Shown: one piece after another, positions 39,381 to 49,911 of the stretch
Numbering within the stretch: the first letter of the stretch is position 1
Layout: the number at the start of each line of letters is the position of its first letter
Assembly (NCBI GenBank): GCA_964644695.1
Contig: CAZXWN010000004.1
Coordinates: 1 to 64,000 of the forward strand
Origin: an uncultured bacterium
GTDB taxonomy: Bacteria; UBP4; UBA4092
DNA length: 64,000 nt
Reading direction: 5' to 3'
Program-made: the position numbers and the translations under genes
Notes under the pieces: model-generated
Told to the model about the DNA's origin: nothing
Databases searched by the model: none
What the model saw: the letters and a program-made list of their open reading frames with translations, nothing else

Positions 39381-40431
39381 TCTGAACTCCATTGTTTGAG
39401 CTATATTCATCAAGCAATTTATCAATCACTATATCCACCAAATAATTACTTTTAATTTTTTCAATATTCCATGCCGACATTGCTTTTCGTAATGAAGCAT
39501 CATCTAATTGGTTTAAGCTGTTTACCATTCCCTTCACATCGCCAACCTGAATCAGCATTCCACCTGATTTTTCAATCATGTCTGGGATAGCACCCACAGG
39601 TGTTGATATGATAGGCAACCCCGCAGCCATTGCCTCCAGAATCACATTTGGGAATCCCTCAGTATGGGTAGGAAATAGAAAAACATCTGCATCTGTCATA
39701 TATTGCAATATTTTTGTTTTATCAACTTCCCCCGTACATTGAACATTTTCGGGTCTTGGGAGACTTTTTATTTCTGCCATAAGATGACCAGCAAGAATAA
39801 ATTTGATATCAGGGAAATAACTAGCAACCGTCAAAATATCATTGCAACCCTTTTCAATAGTGACATGTCCTGCATACAAAACGGTTTTGATTCTATCTGA
39901 TATTATTTTAGGCGTTGTTTTTATATGATTTTGCGAAATATAGTTAGGTATAATCTTACTTTCACACCCACATTTATCATGCACATATTTCTGTGAAACA
40001 GAATTTAAAACAAGAATCTTATCCACTCTTCGACAAAGAAATTTAAATATTTTATGTTGAAAATTATCCTTTATTTGGTACGTCACATCACATCGGCAGT
40101 GAATTAGCACTTTTAACCGGTAAAATTTAGCAATGAGCGTACAAAGAGTATCTCTGATAAGACCTTTTTGAGAACAAGGCGTGTTTATGTGCACGATGTC
40201 ATATGAACTTCCAGACGCATACCTATATGTAGAAAGAAGAATACGCCAAGTACGTATAAACTCATCTAGAATAAAAACACTTGTAAACTTATTTACTCTT
40301 CGACCTGTTACAGCAGTATTTATGATATCAACATGATTTCCTAATGTTTTCTGCGCTTGAAGATAAGTTTTGGTCCAAGTAGCAATTCCCCCAGCTGGAG
40401 GTGGAAGTGGAGAAACCAACAAAATCCTCAC
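39373..40431 (-). CDS. Glycosyltransferase family 4
   Basis: [23 protein letters not shown]. Start GTG 40431 overlaps the upstream stop (TAGTG). Confidence 0.9.
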   Translation of the reverse strand: MRILLVSPLPPPAGGIATWTKTYLQAQKTLGNHVDIINTAVTGRRVNKFTSVFILDEFIRTWRILLSTYRYASGSSYDIVHINTPCSQKGLIRDTLCTLIAKFYRLKVLIHCRCDVTYQIKDNFQHKIFKFLCRRVDKILVLNSVSQKYVHDKCGCESKIIPNYISQNHIKTTPKIISDRIKTVLYAGHVTIEKGCNDILTVASYFPDIKFILAGHLMAEIKSLPRPENVQCTGEVDKTKILQYMTDADVFLFPTHTEGFPNVILEAMAAGLPIISTPVGAIPDMIEKSGGMLIQVGDVKGMVNSLNQLDDASLRKAMSAWNIEKIKSNYLVDIVIDKLLDEYSSNNGVQNE

Positions 40432-41405
40432 TACAAGTTCTCCTGGTACCACTTTACAGCATGCTGCAGTCCCATTTCTAAAGACCAATCAGGATCATAT
40501 CCTAATAATTTCCGAGCTTTCGATATATCAGCATTTGAGTGCTTAATATCACCACCTCTTTCAGGACCATACAAGGGTGGAATTGATTTGTTCAATAATC
40601 CCGACAGTAAGTTGTATAGAGAGTTCAAATCAGCTTGAGCTCCAAAAGCAATATTGAAAACCTCTCCAGATACAGATGGTGGGGCACTCATTCCTTTTAA
40701 ATTTGCCTCAACTACATTTTCAATATAGGTAAAATCTCTCGATTGTGTACCATCACCATTAATTACTGGCGGCTCATTATTCATTAATGCTTTTACAAAT
40801 TTTGGTATAACAGCCGCATAATACCCATGAGGATCCTGCCTCTTGCCAAACACATTAAAATACCTAAAACCAATAGTACTTAATCCGTACAATCTGGAAT
40901 ATAAGTCGGCATAATATTCATTTACTTTTTTTGTAAGTGCGTAAGGAGAAAGAATACGCCCCTCAACTCCTTCTTTTTTGGGTAATACAGGATGATCCCC
41001 ATATACAGAGGAACTAGATGCGTATACAAACTTCTTAACACCTTGAGTCCTTGCTGCATCCATCATGTTAAGAGAACCCTTAATATTGATTTCCTCATAC
41101 AAAATTGGCATTTCGATACTTCTTGGAACAGATCCCCATGCTGCCTGATGAGAAACATAATCCACACCTTCTGTTGAATATAGACAGGTATCGAGATTAC
41201 GAATATCTCCTTCAATAAACGAAAACTTAGGATTCAACAAAAAGGGTTCGATATTTTTTTTATTTCCTGTTGATAAATTATCAAGACATCGAACAGTATA
41301 TCCTGCATTCAGTAGCGCTTCACATATATTTGAACCAATAAAACCAGCTCCACCCGTTACCAAGAATACTGAATCATCTAAAAACTTTACTGATTTATAT
41401 CCCAC
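40431..41405 (-). CDS. UDP-GlcNAc(A) 4-epimerase, WbpP/TviC-like SDR
   Basis: TGGAGFIGS, HQAAWGSVPRS, ASSSSVYGD, YALTK, RYFNVFG, AAVIPK. Start GTG 41405 with GGAG SD. Confidence 0.92.
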   Translation of the reverse strand: MGYKSVKFLDDSVFLVTGGAGFIGSNICEALLNAGYTVRCLDNLSTGNKKNIEPFLLNPKFSFIEGDIRNLDTCLYSTEGVDYVSHQAAWGSVPRSIEMPILYEEINIKGSLNMMDAARTQGVKKFVYASSSSVYGDHPVLPKKEGVEGRILSPYALTKKVNEYYADLYSRLYGLSTIGFRYFNVFGKRQDPHGYYAAVIPKFVKALMNNEPPVINGDGTQSRDFTYIENVVEANLKGMSAPPSVSGEVFNIAFGAQADLNSLYNLLSGLLNKSIPPLYGPERGGDIKHSNADISKARKLLGYDPDWSLEMGLQHAVKWYQENL

Positions 41406-41406
41406 G

Positions 41407-42735
41407 TCACATTCTCCAAAAATCAAAACCAAGTTCATTAGCCTCAGCTTTGTCAAAAATACCCTTAACATCCATAAGTACAGGCTTTTTTATTCCAGCT
41501 TTATATAAAGATTTCAGGTGGTTTAGATCTAGTTTTTTAAATTCTTTATGGCCAACCGCAAGTATTACAGCGTCAACATTATGTACCTTTTCAAGATCTG
41601 CCAGTTGAATACCATACTCATGTTGGGCCTCATTACTATTTGCAAGAGGGTCTACCACACTAACGGTTATATCGTACTCACTTAGCTCATTCACTATATC
41701 TTCAACCTTTGAATTTCTTATATCAGGACAATCTTCTTTGAAAGTTAATCCTAAAATAAGAACATGTGCTCCTTTAATAACACTTCCTGAATTAATCAAT
41801 CGTTTTATAGTTTTTTCAGCTATAAACTTCCCCATCCCATCATTTATACGACGGCCAGCTAATATAACTTGAGCGATATAACCTGATTCTTCAGCTTTGT
41901 TTGCCAAATAGTAGGGATCAACACCAATACAATGGCCTCCCACTAACCCAGGAGAAAACTTTAAAAAATTCCATTTAGTTCCAGCAGCTTCTAAAACATC
42001 ACGAGTATCTATGCCGAGTCTGTCAAAAATCATTGCCAATTCGTTTACAAATGCAATATTGATGTCCCGTTGTGAGTTTTCAATTACCTTTGCGGCTTCT
42101 GCAACCTTGATGCTTGATGCCTTATGTATACCTGTTTTAACGATGCTCCCATATACTCTTGCAATAATATCTGCAGATTGTTCGTCCATACCAGAGGTTA
42201 TCTTAGTAATTGTTTCAACACGGTGTTCTTTGTCCCCAGGATTAACTCTCTCAGGAGAATATCCAATCTTAAAATCAACACCACATTTCATTCCTGATTC
42301 TTGTTCTAGAATTGGAAGACAAATATCTTCGGTCACTCCAGGATATACAGTAGATTCGTAAACAACTATAGAGCCTCTGGATAAATTACTGCCTACAACT
42401 TTACTAGCAGACTCAATTGGACGAAGATCAGGAATCTTGTTTTTTAAAACAGGCGTAGGTACAGCAATAATATAGAACGATACTTCTTTTAAATCGTCTG
42501 GATTGGAAGAAAATCTGATAGTGGATTTAGCCAAACGCTCTTTTCCTACTTCATTTGTTGGATCTATTCCCTTTTTATAAACATTAATTTTCTCAGAGTT
42601 CACATCAAAGCCTAATACATTAAATCCTTTTTCAGAAAAGGCCATAGCCAGCGGAAGTCCAACATAACCCAAACCTATAACAGCAATTTTCTTCTTCCCT
42701 ATAACAAGTAAATCAAACAGGTCATTGGCAACCAT
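41407..42735 (-). CDS. UDP-HexNAc 6-dehydrogenase, TviB/WbpO-like
   Basis: GLGYVGLP, YESTVYPG, SPERVNPGD, ENSQRD, GGHCIGVDP, FKEDCPDIRN. Confidence 0.93.
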   Translation of the reverse strand: MVANDLFDLLVIGKKKIAVIGLGYVGLPLAMAFSEKGFNVLGFDVNSEKINVYKKGIDPTNEVGKERLAKSTIRFSSNPDDLKEVSFYIIAVPTPVLKNKIPDLRPIESASKVVGSNLSRGSIVVYESTVYPGVTEDICLPILEQESGMKCGVDFKIGYSPERVNPGDKEHRVETITKITSGMDEQSADIIARVYGSIVKTGIHKASSIKVAEAAKVIENSQRDINIAFVNELAMIFDRLGIDTRDVLEAAGTKWNFLKFSPGLVGGHCIGVDPYYLANKAEESGYIAQVILAGRRINDGMGKFIAEKTIKRLINSGSVIKGAHVLILGLTFKEDCPDIRNSKVEDIVNELSEYDITVSVVDPLANSNEAQHEYGIQLADLEKVHNVDAVILAVGHKEFKKLDLNHLKSLYKAGIKKPVLMDVKGIFDKAEANELGFDFWRM

Positions 42736-42737
42736 TT

Positions 42738-43862
42738 TTATTTACCCCACACAACAGAATTTATTATTTTCGTATAGCTTTGGATAATTCGGACAACTTT
42801 CAGGGATACATTAGTGTCCATATAATCATTGGGCAGTTGATATTTAACACCGTGTTCAAAATTAAACCGAACCATTTCAATAGCAGAAATAATTTCATCC
42901 CCATGAATACCACCTATAACAATATTTCCCTTATCCAACACTTCGGGCCGCTCTGTACTGGTTCTGATTAAAACACCAGGAAAATTCAACATCGAAGACT
43001 CTTCAGATAATGTTCCAGAATCAGAAATCACAGCGAAAGCATTCTTCTGTAATTTGTTGTAACCAAAAAAACCAAAAGGCTTTAAGTTTTTCACCAATGG
43101 ACAAAATTTAAAGCCTTTTTCATCAATTTTCTTCATAGATCTGGGATGGGTTGAATAAATTAATGGCATTTGGTACTTTTCAGCAATTTTATTAATGCCT
43201 TCCATTAAACAATAAAAATTCTTCTCTATATCAATATTTTCTTCTCTATGAGCACTAACCAAAATGTAATGTCCTTTTTCTAAGTTCAGCTCACTAAGAA
43301 TATTACTACTGTCAATAGATTCCATATGGGCACTTAAAACTTCCGTCATCGGCGAACCAGTCACGTAAATATGTTCCTTCCGAAATCCTTCACTCAACAG
43401 GTATCTTCGAGAGTGTTCTGTATATGGCAAATTGATATCGCTAATATGGTCAACAATTTTTCGATTTATTTCCTCAGGAACATTTTGATCAAAACATCGA
43501 TTTCCTGCTTCCATATGAAATATTGGAATTTTGAGTCGTTTTGCAGATATGCTTGCCAAACATGAGTTAGTATCTCCCAAAATCAATAATGCATCTGGTT
43601 TTGTCGAAACCAATATTTCGTAAGATTTAGCAATTATATTCCCAATAGTTTCTCCAAGATTATTTCCAACAGCATTTAAGTAATGATCAGGCGCTCTTAG
43701 TCCTAATTCATCAAAGAAAATTTGATTTAATGTGTAGTCCCAATTCTGTCCAGTATGCACTAAAACATGGTTGAAAAACTTATCACAAGCCTTTATAGTT
43801 TCAGATAACCGTATAATTTCAGGTCGCGTGCCAACAATTGTCGCTACTTTTAATTTACTCAT
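42738..43862 (-). CDS. fnlC: Nucleotide-sugar 2-epimerase FnlC/WbjD/Cap5G (UDP-L-FucNAc pathway)
   Basis: GTRPEIIR, HTGQN, HMEAGNRCFD..VPEEINR, HREEN, DSGTLSEE; adjacent to fnlAB. Confidence 0.9.
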   Translation of the reverse strand: MSKLKVATIVGTRPEIIRLSETIKACDKFFNHVLVHTGQNWDYTLNQIFFDELGLRAPDHYLNAVGNNLGETIGNIIAKSYEILVSTKPDALLILGDTNSCLASISAKRLKIPIFHMEAGNRCFDQNVPEEINRKIVDHISDINLPYTEHSRRYLLSEGFRKEHIYVTGSPMTEVLSAHMESIDSSNILSELNLEKGHYILVSAHREENIDIEKNFYCLMEGINKIAEKYQMPLIYSTHPRSMKKIDEKGFKFCPLVKNLKPFGFFGYNKLQKNAFAVISDSGTLSEESSMLNFPGVLIRTSTERPEVLDKGNIVIGGIHGDEIISAIEMVRFNFEHGVKYQLPNDYMDTNVSLKVVRIIQSYTKIINSVVWGK

Positions 43863-43864
43863 TA

Positions 43865-44977
43865 TTAAACCTCTAAAAAATATGTGTCGGGATTATCACG
43901 ATCAAAGGATTCATTAGCCCACAATACTAGAATCATTTCCTCTTCACCAATGTTTTCAATATGATGAGTATATCCAGTTGGAATATCTACAACCGTTGGC
44001 ATCGTTCCAGATACAGCATAGGTAATTATTTTATCTGAATCTATCCGCCTAAATCTGATAATAGCCTCACCTTTTACAACTAAAAATTTTTCGTTTTTTG
44101 TGTGGTGAAAATGATTACCCCTAATAACTCCTGGTTTTGATGTTGATATTGAAATTTGGCCAGAGCCCATAGTTTTCAAAACTTCTACAAAGCTACCCCT
44201 ATCATCAGAGTGTTGTAATAATGGATATGAAAACTTATTCTCAGGTAAATAACTAAGATATGTTGAATACAAGGCTCTCTTAAATCCATTACCAACCTCT
44301 GGAATAGTTAGAGTACTTCGGTTACTCCTAAAACTTTTTATTAAATCAACAATTTCACCTAAAGAAGCTTTATATTGGATGGGCACATTCTGATAATACT
44401 CACCCATTTCCCATTCATGCTTGGCAAGCTTATCAACAAAACTGGAAATAACATCATCAATATAAACCAAGGTCAATTCAACTCCAGGGTCACTTATTTG
44501 AACTGGTAAATCATTTGCGATATTATGGCACCAAGTTGCAATGGCAGAGTTATAGTTGGGCCTACACCATTTTCCAAATACATTCGGGAGTCGATATATA
44601 AGAACTGGTACACTCTGCTTTTGTGAGTAAGATAACAATTCCTCTTCAGCCATCAATTTACTGCGACCATAAGGATTATCTTTCTCTGCTTGAATTGAGG
44701 ATGTTATGAGTATTGGAATCTTTTTATTCCTTAATGTTAAATAATCAGTTATTATTTTTGTAAAACCAGAATTTCCTTCAAAAAATTCACTTTCATTTTT
44801 GGGCCTGTTGATTCCTGCTAAATGAAAAATAAAATCGGCAGTATCTAGGAAATGATACAACTCATCAATATTATTTCCCAAATCATAAGGCATCAATTCA
44901 TATTCGGATCTAAATTGAAGGTTATAAAACAGATTTTTACCTATAAACCCGTTAGATCCTGTGATCAATATTTTCAC
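43865..44977 (-). CDS. fnlB: FnlB/WbjC/CapF reductase with cupin domain
   Basis: HLAGINRP, NVFGKWCRPNYNS, DDRGSF, RGNHFHHTK. Confidence 0.92.
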   Translation of the reverse strand: MKILITGSNGFIGKNLFYNLQFRSEYELMPYDLGNNIDELYHFLDTADFIFHLAGINRPKNESEFFEGNSGFTKIITDYLTLRNKKIPILITSSIQAEKDNPYGRSKLMAEEELLSYSQKQSVPVLIYRLPNVFGKWCRPNYNSAIATWCHNIANDLPVQISDPGVELTLVYIDDVISSFVDKLAKHEWEMGEYYQNVPIQYKASLGEIVDLIKSFRSNRSTLTIPEVGNGFKRALYSTYLSYLPENKFSYPLLQHSDDRGSFVEVLKTMGSGQISISTSKPGVIRGNHFHHTKNEKFLVVKGEAIIRFRRIDSDKIITYAVSGTMPTVVDIPTGYTHHIENIGEEEMILVLWANESFDRDNPDTYFLEV

Positions 44978-46003
44978 TTATTTAACCCCAAACCATTTCA
45001 AGTCATCCTGTATATCATTCAATTTAAGCAATATATTGTTCATGGAAATATCATTTAGCTGCTGCGTGTTATGAGAAGTATACTCGTGGGACTGAGTTAC
45101 GACCTCATCACCTTTTTCGAAGAATTTGTCATAATTAAGATCTCTAGTGTCTGCGGGTATTCTATAGTAATTCCCCATGTCAATGGCATGAACCATTTCT
45201 TCTCTTGTGATAAGAGTTTCGTACAATTTTTCCCCATGCCGAGTCCCAATAATCTTTATTTCATGATTTGGCTTACCTACAAGTTTCCGCAAAGTGTCAG
45301 CTAATAACCCAACAGTGGCCGCAGGAGCTTTTTGAACAAAGATATCCCCATTGTTTCCATTAGCAAAAGCAAATAATACCAGATCGACAGACTCTTCAAG
45401 ACTCATCATAAAACGAGTCATGCTTGGGTCTGTAATAGTAATTGGCTTATTATTTTTTAACTGTTCAATAAATAAAGGAATAACAGATCCCCTAGAAGCC
45501 ATTACATTTCCATATCTTGTACAACAAATCACAGTTTCACCCTCAGACAAATCACGCCCTTTGGCTACAGCTAATTTTTCCATCATTGCCTTTGATATCC
45601 CCATAGCATTGATAGGATAAACTGCCTTATCAGTACTTAAGCAAACGACTCTTTTTACTTTGGCATCAATAGCTTCAGTAAGTAGATTTTCTGTTCCAAT
45701 AACATTGGTCTGAACCGCCTGCATAGGATAAAATTCACATGAGGGAACCTGTTTCAACGCTGCAGCATGAAAGACATAATCTACACCATGCAAAGCATCT
45801 TTAAGAGAATTTCTATCTCTGACATCTCCAATATAGAATTTTAACTTAGGATTATTATATATTTTCCGCATGTCATCCTGTTTTTTTTCATCTCTCGAAA
45901 AAATGCGGATTTCTTTTATCCCAGTTTGAAGAAATCGTTTCAAAACGGCATTCCCAAAAGATCCTGTGCCACCTGTAATTAGCAATATATTATTTGTAAA
46001 CAT
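44978..46003 (-). CDS. fnlA: FnlA/WbjB/CapE UDP-GlcNAc 4,6-dehydratase/epimerase
   Basis: GGTGSFG, SRDEKKQDDMR, ALKQVPSCEF, AMGISKA, RYGNVMASRGS, DTRDLNY. Start ATG 46003 (AGGAG SD). Confidence 0.93.
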   Translation of the reverse strand: MFTNNILLITGGTGSFGNAVLKRFLQTGIKEIRIFSRDEKKQDDMRKIYNNPKLKFYIGDVRDRNSLKDALHGVDYVFHAAALKQVPSCEFYPMQAVQTNVIGTENLLTEAIDAKVKRVVCLSTDKAVYPINAMGISKAMMEKLAVAKGRDLSEGETVICCTRYGNVMASRGSVIPLFIEQLKNNKPITITDPSMTRFMMSLEESVDLVLFAFANGNNGDIFVQKAPAATVGLLADTLRKLVGKPNHEIKIIGTRHGEKLYETLITREEMVHAIDMGNYYRIPADTRDLNYDKFFEKGDEVVTQSHEYTSHNTQQLNDISMNNILLKLNDIQDDLKWFGVK

Positions 46004-46014
46004 CATTACTCCTA

Positions 46015-47223
46015 TCAATTATTCAGTTTATTCATAATAGTTTGATATGCAATATCAACCCCTAAATACTCTTCATAATACTTTCTACCATTAGACCCTA
46101 ATTCATTTCGCAATTCTTTGTTTTGATAGAGCACCATAAGTTTGTGGTATAAATCCTCAACATTACCGGCCTGTCCAACAATTCCAGCTTTTGCTTCTTT
46201 TTCAAGAAAATATCCATAATCAGAAATAGCAGTCTTATCCAAACTAGCCAAAACTGGCAACGACAACTTAAAGTAATCTGTTGTTTTTGAAGGAAAATTT
46301 GGAACGGTAAATTTTTCATCCAGACTTACAATACCAATGTCACATGCTTTAAGTAAGTATTCATAATCATACCTAGGAACATGAGGAATGAAAATCACAT
46401 TTGATAATTTCATTCTATTTGCCAACAACATCAAGTTCTCACATTCAGTCCCCTTACCGACAAAAAGATATTTAATGTTTGTATGGGCACAAGTTCTTTC
46501 CGCTAGCATCAAAATATTCTCCAACTTTTGGGGTTTCCCCATGTTTCCCCCAAAGACCAGAATAAAATCATCTTCATTTAGAGAATATCTTTCCCGTACA
46601 TTTTCACACTCATCAGAATTTCCTTTAATTTCCGCCCAATTTTTTAATATCAATAGCTTTGATTCATTAATCTTAAAATGATTTTGTATGTATTTTTTGC
46701 ATCCTGGCGACATAACTGTAACATAATCAGCACAATTCAAAGCCTGTTGATATTTTTTTTTAAAATATCCTACAAGAAAAGTATTTTTTATTAATCCAAT
46801 ATCTACGGCATTCTGTGGGAATATATCCCATATAATTAGGACAATACGACAATTAAAATATTTTCGTAATTTTGCCATTAAATATGGATTATTCATCATC
46901 GGAGTAGATAGGATAACTAAGTCAATTTTTATATCCTTTAAGTGATGACTGATACCACAGATAAAACTGTAGGGCAAAATCAATGAAGTAAAACCACGCT
47001 CATAAAATGAAATATTTTTTTTGTAATAATTTCCTGTCCTTATTTTTAAAAGATTTATGCCTCCCTTATTTACTAAACACGTTTTTAACTTCAGATATCG
47101 CTCTAATATGACAGCCACATAAATATTGTTCCCTTGTTTCTGAAATTCCATCACCAGATCTTTCTCAATAGAGGAGTCTTCTTTATTTTCAGGAAAACGA
47201 GGCAATAAAAATAATACATTCAT
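46015..47223 (-). CDS. GT4, WbuB/Cap5L-like (probable L-FucNAc transferase)
   Basis: WDIFPQNA, GGNMGKPQ, PNFPSK; directly upstream of fnlABC. Confidence 0.82.
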   Translation of the reverse strand: MNVLFLLPRFPENKEDSSIEKDLVMEFQKQGNNIYVAVILERYLKLKTCLVNKGGINLLKIRTGNYYKKNISFYERGFTSLILPYSFICGISHHLKDIKIDLVILSTPMMNNPYLMAKLRKYFNCRIVLIIWDIFPQNAVDIGLIKNTFLVGYFKKKYQQALNCADYVTVMSPGCKKYIQNHFKINESKLLILKNWAEIKGNSDECENVRERYSLNEDDFILVFGGNMGKPQKLENILMLAERTCAHTNIKYLFVGKGTECENLMLLANRMKLSNVIFIPHVPRYDYEYLLKACDIGIVSLDEKFTVPNFPSKTTDYFKLSLPVLASLDKTAISDYGYFLEKEAKAGIVGQAGNVEDLYHKLMVLYQNKELRNELGSNGRKYYEEYLGVDIAYQTIMNKLNN

Positions 47224-47225
47224 AA

Positions 47226-48653
47226 TTATTCCAAATCACGCTTTTTTTGATTAGTTTCCACTTCAATTCGGCATATGGAAATTAAAGCAACACCCATTCC
47301 AATTAATAACCAGAGATATTTGCCACGCCATCCATCTAAAAACACATTCTGTATTAAATAACAAATAAGAGCGGAAAGAATGGAATTGAATAGGACTTTA
47401 TCCGATAGATATTTTTTTTCCAAGACACGAAGATTTTTAATAACATAAATAATTAACAACAATAAAACAATTAGCGCAGGTATTCCGTTATCCGCAGCAA
47501 ATGAGATGTACATATTGTGAGCAGGCTTTGTATCAGCATCCAAACCAAATTTTATAACTTGAAAAATGTCATATTCCTTTGTTAAAAAAGCATGATTGCC
47601 AATACCAACACCAAATATTGGGTGATGAATAATAATATTTGATCCCGCAGTCCAAGTTAATACTCTATATGATCCTAATTGCCAGACACCATAATTTTTA
47701 GTCCGCTGAACTTGATCTTCAATTCTTGTTTGCATCACAGGGAGAAATAAGACAACTAAAAATGATATAAACAATAAAAATAATATTAATATTTTCCGGC
47801 TAGCAGATATAAGGTGTGTTGAAACGATATGATAAAAACATATCCCAAACAGCCCAATAATTGCGCCAATAGACAGTGTAAGTGAAATCGCCCATAAAAG
47901 GACAAGAATCATAGGAAACAATATAAGCCTTATCCAGTTATTTTTCATGTACATAAGAGAACTTATCGAAAAAGTTAATCCAACCGATAGCTGTACAGCA
48001 AAGTAGTTTGGGTCTCCATCGGTTCCAGTTTGCCGCTCAACACCTAAATCACCATATGTTAAGGCATTAAGTGAAAAAGGTAAAAGATTAAATTTAGCCA
48101 TTAACGTTATAAGGGCAGCAAAAAAACAAGACACAACAACAACCCACCACAGCCAATTCAATTTCTGTTTAGTGTTCATCAAACAAATAACTAAAAATGA
48201 AAAGCCCATCATTTGTAATATGCTTTTCAAATAGTTCATACTTTGTTTAAAGTTAACACCGATCAGTGCTGAGAATATTATTAATAGAGCCAATATACCT
48301 AACAACCAATATACAGTCCTTTGTTGAGGAATATTGATTGTACCAATCAATAAATGAGGAATACATAAAATCAACAGAAAAAGAGCAAGAAGGGGAACAG
48401 CTGTCATTCCTGGAACAACAACAGCAAGTACTCCCAAAGGGATAAAAGCAACAGTTAAATACAGAATTATATGAGGATTTTTTAAGTACCATGGAGAAGC
48501 AAATATAAAAAGAATACTACCTATTAATGCTATTGAATGAACGGATGTGCTAACAAATAAAGAAATTACTGCAACAAAAAGAGCAGCCAATAAACCACCT
48601 ATTATTAAAAGTCTGTTATCTACTATTTGATTCATGTTTTTTGGGTCTGACAC
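47226..48653 (-). CDS. Wzy_C/O-antigen ligase-family membrane protein (polymerase, ligase or O-OTase)
   Basis: Polytopic; RQTG..GDPNYFA, HPIFGVGIG, AHNMYISFAADNG. Confidence 0.82.
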   Translation of the reverse strand: MSDPKNMNQIVDNRLLIIGGLLAALFVAVISLFVSTSVHSIALIGSILFIFASPWYLKNPHIILYLTVAFIPLGVLAVVVPGMTAVPLLALFLLILCIPHLLIGTINIPQQRTVYWLLGILALLIIFSALIGVNFKQSMNYLKSILQMMGFSFLVICLMNTKQKLNWLWWVVVVSCFFAALITLMAKFNLLPFSLNALTYGDLGVERQTGTDGDPNYFAVQLSVGLTFSISSLMYMKNNWIRLILFPMILVLLWAISLTLSIGAIIGLFGICFYHIVSTHLISASRKILILFLLFISFLVVLFLPVMQTRIEDQVQRTKNYGVWQLGSYRVLTWTAGSNIIIHHPIFGVGIGNHAFLTKEYDIFQVIKFGLDADTKPAHNMYISFAADNGIPALIVLLLLIIYVIKNLRVLEKKYLSDKVLFNSILSALICYLIQNVFLDGWRGKYLWLLIGMGVALISICRIEVETNQKKRDLE

Positions 48654-48706
48654 AGCCTTTTACTAACAAGGTTAGCCATTAGAAATTCATTAAAAACGAT
48701 GTAGAG

Positions 48707-49810
48707 CTATTTTGATAGTCTATTAATTTGAGTCTTAATTGGATATGTAGGTTCCATTTCCAGAACTTTCTTATAAGCTTTTAAAGCTTCTTTTGGACGA
48801 CCAAGTTTTTCATATGTTACGCCTAATTCTCGATAACTATATAAATCGTTATTAATATCTATTGATTGGTTAAAATACTTTAAGGCATCAGTGAGATTGT
48901 TTTTATAATCCCTATTAATAATTCCCAGCTTATAATACGCTTCACCCTGTGTGGGGGAAATGGTGGCAGCTCTTTTAAAATATTTTTCTGATAATAATAT
49001 TGATTGTTGCGTTCCACGGTTGTAATACAAACGTGCTAACGATATGTTATTGAAATAATTACTATCATCTATTTCCTGGGATTTTTTATAGGCTTCTTCA
49101 GCCTTGGCAAAATTCTTCTGGCCTTCAAACAGGCGCCCCAAGTTAAACCATGAAACAGAATCATCGGGATTTATCAATACAACTTTAGATAAATATTCAA
49201 TCGCCTTGTTGTTCTGATTCATGAGTGAATAATTAATCGCCAAACCCTTTAAAGCTTCTAAAGATCTTTTGTCAAGACTATATACCTTCAAATAGACATT
49301 TATTGCTTTATCTGGCTTTTTAAACTTCTCATATATTAAGGCAATTCGTGTTAAATATGCCAAATTATTTGGTTCTCTCTTTAATTGCTCTTGAAGAAGA
49401 TTTTCAGCTTTCTCCCACTGATTACTCTCTTGATAATGCCACGTTAATCCACTGAAGTATGATTTATTTGCTGTATCTAGCTGCCTGGCGATAAGTAAAT
49501 ATTTTTCAGCCTCTTGGTATCTTCGTAACCCATCCAAAGAACGGCCTAGCAAGTAGTTTAAATCAGCATTATTTGGCACTATTTCTAATCCATAACGAAA
49601 ATTATCAACAGCTTGCGAATATTTTCTTTCTTTATAATATTGCAATCCAATGGCTTTATATTGCGAAGGATCACTTAATCTTAATTGACGTAAAAAAGAT
49701 GGCGAGTAAACTAAAATACCAATAAATAACATCATTACAATCAACCATATTATTGATAAATTCAGAACATCTTTTTTTGCCAACATTTTCGTAGAGCTCT
49801 GACTATTCAT
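48707..49810 (-). CDS. Membrane-anchored TPR-repeat protein
   Basis: N-terminal TM followed by repeated TPR units (WFNLGRLFE, AYYKLG, YRELGVTYE). Confidence 0.88.
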   Translation of the reverse strand: MNSQSSTKMLAKKDVLNLSIIWLIVMMLFIGILVYSPSFLRQLRLSDPSQYKAIGLQYYKERKYSQAVDNFRYGLEIVPNNADLNYLLGRSLDGLRRYQEAEKYLLIARQLDTANKSYFSGLTWHYQESNQWEKAENLLQEQLKREPNNLAYLTRIALIYEKFKKPDKAINVYLKVYSLDKRSLEALKGLAINYSLMNQNNKAIEYLSKVVLINPDDSVSWFNLGRLFEGQKNFAKAEEAYKKSQEIDDSNYFNNISLARLYYNRGTQQSILLSEKYFKRAATISPTQGEAYYKLGIINRDYKNNLTDALKYFNQSIDINNDLYSYRELGVTYEKLGRPKEALKAYKKVLEMEPTYPIKTQINRLSK

Positions 49811-49911
49811 GTTGTACCTTATATAGAAAATAATGATTCATTATAATATATGTTCGGCACTTAGATTTCAATAAAAACATAAAGCTTTGTTTTACAAAGG
49901 AACATTTATTT

